A stretch of 64,000 nt of DNA, from positions 3,936,001 to 4,000,000 of the forward strand of contig OZ242029.1 in assembly GCA_965205015.1 (NCBI GenBank), written 5' to 3'. Of this stretch, positions 58,597-64,000 are shown piece after piece. How positions within the stretch are numbered: the stretch's first letter is position 1; the number at the start of each line of letters is the position of its first letter. Source of the DNA: Candidatus Poribacteria bacterium. Its GTDB lineage: Bacteria > Poribacteria > WGA-4E > WGA-3G. The notes under the pieces are model-generated. The model saw only the letters and a program-made list of their open reading frames with translations, was not told the DNA's origin and did no database searches. Position numbers and translations under genes: made by a program.

Positions 58597-59036
58597 TACC
58601 GCTGCATTTGTGTATCTATCTCCCGTGCCCACCGATCAATACCACCGATTAAACTCTTCACCGATTTGAAACCGAGTTGTTGCAAAAGAAACGCTGCGTC
58701 AAGGCTTCGCATGCCCCAATGACAATAAACGACGACCTCTACACCTGGGGTAATTTCGTTACAACGCCTTGGCAATTCACCGAAGGGAATCCATACAGCA
58801 CCTTCAAGATGAACCATCTGATACTCCCATTCTTCCCGAACATCCAATAAAACGAAGGGAGTGCCTCTATTCATCATGTCCTTAAGCTGATTCGGTGCAA
58901 TAGCGTACGCGTCCGTCTCTAATGGAAGGATCGCCTCTGCTACACTGGGGGCAACCTTCGGTAACTTCCGATCTCGAAAATCCCCGAGATACCGTCGCCA
59001 GATCCTTTTTATCGCTTTTTGGATATGATTAAACAT
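58593..59036 (-). CDS. Rhodanese-like domain protein
   Basis: LLDVREEWE, YCHWGMRS, GGIDRW. Confidence 0.92.
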   Translation of the reverse strand: MFNHIQKAIKRIWRRYLGDFRDRKLPKVAPSVAEAILPLETDAYAIAPNQLKDMMNRGTPFVLLDVREEWEYQMVHLEGAVWIPFGELPRRCNEITPGVEVVVYCHWGMRSLDAAFLLQQLGFKSVKSLIGGIDRWAREIDTQMQRY

Positions 59037-59142
59037 TTTTAATAGTTATCGGTTTTGATTCGCAACTCGACGCCGATACAAAACTGAAAAGCACGAGTTG
59101 CGGGTCAAGGTTCTATAGGCAGAAGTTACAGGCGTCTGTGCT

Positions 59143-61173
59143 TCAGAAGCTCACCGTAACCCCTAACGTGGGGACAATCGGAAAGAGGGGCTCTTCTTCT
59201 ATCGCACATCCAATAACAGCATCTGTCTCTTCATCGCGTAGTTGACTAAAAGCATACTGGTCCAGATTGGTGTGGTTATACAGATTCAATATTTGGAAAT
59301 ACCAAGACAACTCCCATCGTCGATACGGGCTCCGCTTTGTAATGCGAAAATCGAGACTGTGATAGGCGGGCATCCGCGCCGAGTGTATATCACCGAACTG
59401 CCGATCACAGACAATACTGCCATCGGGTAACCTAACTTCCTTGTTAATGAGAGGCGTTCTCGGCTCACCTGTATGGAAGCGCCAGCTCAGATAGAGATAC
59501 CACGTCGGTGCGAACTGGTAACTGCTGCTAACAGCGAAAGAATGCCGCCGATCGTGTTGGCGGAAGCGTTTTGTTCCATTTGCGATCTCTTCTGCGATCC
59601 CAAATGCATAACCGAGTGTCCACGTCAAACGCGTAGATACGACATGGGTCATGAACACATCAACGCCTCTGGCATCGCCAGACTCAGGCGAGTTAAAAAC
59701 CTGATTCTGCCTTCCAAACTCACGAAGTCGGCCAACGAGATTATCAAAAGTATTGTAATAACCTTCAATACGGACCAAGAAGTTATCGACAGGGGTATAC
59801 TCAACCCCGAGGATGTAATGCACGGCTCGCTCTGCGCGTCCGACGGTTTCAATGCCATCTTCGACCGGAATTCCCATCAGGTGAACGGGTTGGTGATAAA
59901 TACCCCAAGCCCCTCGCAAGACAAGACTTTTCGTCGGTTTCACGGCAAGTGCGACGCGTGGACCGACTTCATATCGCTGAATACCTTCTTCCCGATACTG
60001 TTGGTGGAGGTAATGTCCTCCGACATTGAGCGCAAGTTTGGAATGGAGCTGCCACTCATCTTGGAGAAACAGATTGAATTCACTCCCCTTATCGTCAATA
60101 TCCGCGAGAATAGGCTTGTAGACGTTTATACCCGGCTGCCGTTCCTGAACATCATATTGATACTGGGCAGTCAACCAACGCCATGTGACGCCACTGCGGA
60201 AAGTGTGTTTGTCAAAAAGATTTGCCGTAAGTTCTGCTTTTGTACCGAAGAACCCGAAATTGCGATTATCAAAATCTTCTTTCCCTGTCGCTCTATCCTG
60301 ACTGGATGTGCCAGCGAAAACAAAAAGGTCGGTCCAATGCGAATCCGCAAAAATATGCCGCCACTTCGCCCAAGTTGTCGAATTGTCGTATCGGGAATCC
60401 AAGTTATTGTCTACATCGTCTACACGAATCCGATTCGTATCCCATCCGTATAAACCATTTAGCGTGATTGTATCTTTCGGCGTAACTTGATAGGTTAATT
60501 TGCTATAGATGTCAGCGTATTGCGGTTTATAGTTCTCATCAATATCCATGAGCATGAGAATCAGATCGACATACCCACGTCGGGCTGATAGCAGCCAACT
60601 CCCTTTTTTCGATAGAGGTCCCTCCAGAGTGGCTGTTGCGTTGATTAAGTCTACCCCAAAATTGGCGGAGAATGCCTCAGTGTTTGGCGTCCTCGTCGTG
60701 ATGTCAAAGACACCGGACATCTTTTCTCCGTATTCCGCAGGAAATCCGCCTATCAATAGATTGGTGTTCTGAATGAGACCTAAACCTATCAGTGAGACCG
60801 CGCCCCCGAAGTCTTGGAGGTGATAAGGATTATAGAGTTCCATCCCATCCAATCTCACTGAAATATCGTCCTTTTCGCCACCCCGCACACTGAAACGCGT
60901 GCTATAATCACTCGAAGCCACACCCGGAAAGATATGACCGGCGCGCATGACATCGTTGTCGATGAGCGGAAAACGTTCAATTTCCTGTTTAGAGAGGGAG
61001 ATTTTCGCCGACGCCCCATCGTAAATTGTAAAGCGCCCGGGCGTTACAACAATTTTCTCCAATTGCACAGGCGCGGCATCCTCTTCAGCGAGGGCAGTCA
61101 ACGGACCCATCACCCCGAAAAACAGGGCGTAAAAAGCCAAATACGCTGGTCTCAGAAAATTGGCACTGAACAT
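59143..61173 (-). CDS. TonB-dependent receptor
   Basis: LEKIVVTP TonB box, SVRGG, GGFPAEYG plug, C-terminal F; GAGGTG SD before MFSAN. Confidence 0.9.
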   Translation of the reverse strand: MFSANFLRPAYLAFYALFFGVMGPLTALAEEDAAPVQLEKIVVTPGRFTIYDGASAKISLSKQEIERFPLIDNDVMRAGHIFPGVASSDYSTRFSVRGGEKDDISVRLDGMELYNPYHLQDFGGAVSLIGLGLIQNTNLLIGGFPAEYGEKMSGVFDITTRTPNTEAFSANFGVDLINATATLEGPLSKKGSWLLSARRGYVDLILMLMDIDENYKPQYADIYSKLTYQVTPKDTITLNGLYGWDTNRIRVDDVDNNLDSRYDNSTTWAKWRHIFADSHWTDLFVFAGTSSQDRATGKEDFDNRNFGFFGTKAELTANLFDKHTFRSGVTWRWLTAQYQYDVQERQPGINVYKPILADIDDKGSEFNLFLQDEWQLHSKLALNVGGHYLHQQYREEGIQRYEVGPRVALAVKPTKSLVLRGAWGIYHQPVHLMGIPVEDGIETVGRAERAVHYILGVEYTPVDNFLVRIEGYYNTFDNLVGRLREFGRQNQVFNSPESGDARGVDVFMTHVVSTRLTWTLGYAFGIAEEIANGTKRFRQHDRRHSFAVSSSYQFAPTWYLYLSWRFHTGEPRTPLINKEVRLPDGSIVCDRQFGDIHSARMPAYHSLDFRITKRSPYRRWELSWYFQILNLYNHTNLDQYAFSQLRDEETDAVIGCAIEEEPLFPIVPTLGVTVSF

Positions 61174-61290
61174 TCGGTCGCACCTCAAGGCTTTAAGTTT
61201 ATATGCGCCTATATGGCAATTATAGCATACTCTGATAAATGTTGGCAATGCTTTTGGTGGTTCTTATTTTCTGCTTGGTTTATGCCAATC

Positions 61291-61317
61291 CCGCTGGCGA
61301 GGTTTCCTAACCTCGCC
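61291..61317 (+). repeat. CCGCTGGCGAGG..CCTCGCC palindrome copy
   Basis: ccgctggcgaggtttcctaacctcgcc. Confidence 0.7.
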
Positions 61318-61497
61318 GATGTAAACGCGGCAGTATATCGTAGATTTGATTGGGCGTGTTATCACTGTCAGCCTGAATACCGTGGAGATTGTGAACAATT
61401 TGCCGCCATTGTAACCACAAATTGGTTTGATCAAGACAATCAAGGAAAATAGGAAGGCTCCAGATATCGGATCGGCTTCGGAGGATATGTATCTAAA

Positions 61498-61542
61498 AAT
61501 CCGCGCAATCCGCGTAATCCGATAAATTCGCGATTCAGACAA
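61498..61542 (+). repeat. Degenerate 9-bp tandem repeat
   Basis: aatccgcgc aatccgcgt aatccgata aattcgcga ttcagacaa. Confidence 0.55.
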
Positions 61543-61616
61543 CGTGAAAATTTGACGCGTAAAAGGCTTGTATGCTAAACTATGCATCAGAATCTAATGC
61601 TATGAGGGAACAGAAT

Positions 61617-62399
61617 ATGTGCCTAACAAAATGGCAGAGCGTCGTTTTATTATGTGGGCTTACCTTCTTCTTAACAATCAGACTTAGTTTCGCCGCGGGT
61701 GGATTTGAATATCTTCCCGATGAGGCGACCCTTGGCTTGTGGCATTTTGACGGTGGCGATCTAACAGATACTTCCGATAATGCTGTTAAGGGTGAAGTCG
61801 AAGGGAAAGCCGGGTGGGATGAGAGGCAAGAATGGAACAAAGAGGCTAAACTTGGGAAATCATTTGTTTTTGATGGCAATACGGTGATCTCCCTCGGCGA
61901 AGCGAAGGTGCTTATCCCGAAAGTGGAGATCACAATTGAAGCTTGGGTTTATCCCGAAGATTTGACGGGATGGCGACTTATCTGTACGAATTGGGATGGA
62001 CCGCCCGGTGCCTATCATCTGGGAGTCCAGAACGGCATTGCTAAGTTCCACATTAATACTGAAAAAGGCGTTGCGTTCGCTGGTGCGACAAAACCGTTGG
62101 AATTAGAGGAATGGCAACACGTCGCTGGTACTTATGATTCTAACCAAATTAAACTCTATATTGATGGAAAAGAGGTTGGCGCAACGAACCATGGGGGTAA
62201 ACTACAGAGTGCTGGATTCGATGTCATTATTGGCAGCAAGAACACCCGTCAGTTTAATTGGACGGGTTTAATGGACGAAGTCCGAATCAGCGATGTCGCC
62301 AGAGAGGTTGATGTGCTAAGCCCAAATTTGGATGCACCACAGGCAGTCGAATTCTCTGAACTGACGCTGCCACTTATATGGGGATCCCTAAAAAAATAG
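61617..62399 (+). CDS. Secreted LamG-like domain protein with C-terminal AVEFSELTLPLIWGSLKK tail
   Basis: GLWHFD, ITIEAWVYP, WQHVAGTYD, LYIDG, MDEVRIS; start set after a GAGG SD. Confidence 0.88.
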   Translation: MCLTKWQSVVLLCGLTFFLTIRLSFAAGGFEYLPDEATLGLWHFDGGDLTDTSDNAVKGEVEGKAGWDERQEWNKEAKLGKSFVFDGNTVISLGEAKVLIPKVEITIEAWVYPEDLTGWRLICTNWDGPPGAYHLGVQNGIAKFHINTEKGVAFAGATKPLELEEWQHVAGTYDSNQIKLYIDGKEVGATNHGGKLQSAGFDVIIGSKNTRQFNWTGLMDEVRISDVAREVDVLSPNLDAPQAVEFSELTLPLIWGSLKK

Positions 62400-62460
62400 G
62401 GAATAAAAACGTTCGCTTTCGGAGAAGTTGGTGGGTCTCCAAAACCCACTGTGGAAAAAT

Positions 62461-64000
62461 ATGACAAAGGAAGTTAGATCCGCGCTAACACGCAGCACTG
62501 CTTTTTTACTTGAACAACACTATAAAGACCCAAACTTTGAGGGACAACTCTCCTCAAGCACGTTTCCGACCTGCGCGTATGCGTGGATCGAACTCGTCCG
62601 AGGCGAAACTCCGGATCCGGCGCTGCTCGAATGGTTTATCGCAAATCAGAACGAAGATGGCGGTTGGGGATTGGATACCGCAAATGTCTCAAATGCAGAA
62701 GCGACCCGATTTGTTCAGTTAATACTGGCGCAAACCCATCAACGTTCACCCGATACCGCCCTCCAAAAACTATTGGCTTCCGCTCCGAAATTTGAACCGC
62801 ACCTTGCCTTAGTCAAATTGGCTTATGCGGCTTTTAATCAGTTCGATTGGAACGAGTTGACGCTGTCGAAAAACGCCCTACCCCTCATGAAACTCGCAAG
62901 ACAACTGACGAAGATTCCGCTACTTGGCAGTCGATTGAAGCCGCCGAGACATCGTCTGCCGCCTGTCGCGCTTTTCAACACGCCACTGTTCGATGCCCTC
63001 TTCATTGCTGAACAACATACACTCGTGCCTGTCTTCATCATGATCGAACTGAACACGGCAAGACGCCCTGAGATGATAACCTCTCTCGCGGCATGGTTGA
63101 AAACGCACGTCCTCAGCGATGGGAGCTGGTTCCGGGTGAACTACATCACGGCGCTCTCTGTTTTAGCGCTTATTGAACTCCAAGAAAAGTGGGAAGCGGA
63201 TGAAGAAGTCGGTGAGTTTATCGAACGGGGCATCGCTTGGCTACGGACGACGCGAAATCGTGATGGCGGGTGTCGAGAGGCGTTAAACCTGAATGTGTGG
63301 GACACGGCGTTGAGCATCATTGCGCTAACAGAGGTGTACGCTACACACAATGAATCGGAGTTGCAAACCTCGCTTACAGATGAATTCACAAATAAAGTGA
63401 AACGCGCCGCACAGTGGCTCGTCGACCATCAAAATGAAGATGGTGGTTGGGCGTTTTCAGGGTTAGGTGACAGTACGCTTCCAAGCGATGCCGACGATAC
63501 TGCCCTCGGCACCCTTGCCCTGATTCGCTCCCTCCTTGTCGGTTCACCCATCGATCGCGAGGCGTTGAATAACGCAGTTCACCGCGGTATCGCATGGATA
63601 AAGACACAACAGGTACGTGATGGCAGTTGGAGCACATATCAACCCGGTCAAGGAGATGTTGGCTGCGTGAGTATCACAGCCCATGCAATTGAAGCACTCC
63701 TTGCCTTTGATCAGAGCGATATCCCTGATATACCGTATGTTCGCGAGGCGATGATTGCTGGAATCTACTGGCTCCGCAAACAAATGAATCGCGATGGATA
63801 TTGGCGAGATCTCTGGTTAGCAAAAGATACGTATGGCACCGCCTGCGCTATCGCAGCATTTGTCAAGGTCGGACTTAAAAATGTTCCCGAAGTTCAGCGG
63901 GGTGTCGCATGGCTCGAAGGCACGCAAAATGCCGATGGTGGATGGGGAGAAGATATGTTTGGCAACCCCACTGAAAGCACAGTGGAACAGACGGCATGGA
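62461..64000 (+). CDS. Squalene-hopene-cyclase-like class II terpene cyclase, 3' end beyond window (absent from ORF track)
   Basis: Manual translation from MTKEVRSAL: QW repeats (QNEDGGW x2, QVRDGSW, QNADGGWGE), VWDTA, DADDTA at 63487-63504, YGTA. Confidence 0.88.
   Translation, partial: MTKEVRSALTRSTAFLLEQHYKDPNFEGQLSSSTFPTCAYAWIELVRGETPDPALLEWFIANQNEDGGWGLDTANVSNAEATRFVQLILAQTHQRSPDTALQKLLASAPKFEPHLALVKLAYAAFNQFDWNELTLSKNALPLMKLARQLTKIPLLGSRLKPPRHRLPPVALFNTPLFDALFIAEQHTLVPVFIMIELNTARRPEMITSLAAWLKTHVLSDGSWFRVNYITALSVLALIELQEKWEADEEVGEFIERGIAWLRTTRNRDGGCREALNLNVWDTALSIIALTEVYATHNESELQTSLTDEFTNKVKRAAQWLVDHQNEDGGWAFSGLGDSTLPSDADDTALGTLALIRSLLVGSPIDREALNNAVHRGIAWIKTQQVRDGSWSTYQPGQGDVGCVSITAHAIEALLAFDQSDIPDIPYVREAMIAGIYWLRKQMNRDGYWRDLWLAKDTYGTACAIAAFVKVGLKNVPEVQRGVAWLEGTQNADGGWGEDMFGNPTESTVEQTAW

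Noticed and set aside
59473-60453. 326-aa plus-strand ORF
   Set aside because: Antisense shadow of the TonB receptor with no recognisable motifs; the same applies to the other overlapping short ORFs.
62510-63783. Short ORFs listed at the right end
   Set aside because: All overlap the continuous cyclase frame that starts at 62461.

Overview
This is a bacterial chromosomal segment of mostly housekeeping genes. Two secreted proteins end in an AV..L...WG.LKK tail, and with the gene repertoire this suggests Candidatus Poribacteria or a relative (inference, not verified). In order it carries nuoABCD, pdxH, trkHA, gcvPHT, the rimP-nusA-ylxR-infB-DUF503-rbfA-nrnA-ribF-rpsO-pnp cluster (no truB) and a probable CC-adding tRNA nucleotidyltransferase. 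It continues with acs, a sigma-70 factor, nfuA, a beta-RFA-P synthase homolog, a TolC/MFP/ABC set, truD, bioA, a SpoIVB-peptidase/beta-propeller pair, glpK, an NtrBC-like two-component pair, a TonB receptor and a partial squalene-hopene-cyclase-like gene at the right edge. I saw no rRNA, tRNA, CRISPR array or transposase. The most striking unexplained layer is a dense set of miniature repeats: GTAG-type REP palindromes, a TATAG-ended MITE, heptamer-armed hairpins and an 86-bp element abutting two start codons. At least two REPs sit in frame inside gcvT and gcvP, and the gcvP copy is tandemly triplicated. Other notable items are a sigma factor with a four-fold tandem region-1.2 repeat, a ferredoxin-membrane-Hsp20-like fusion and a ~165-nt structured RNA candidate upstream of rimP.
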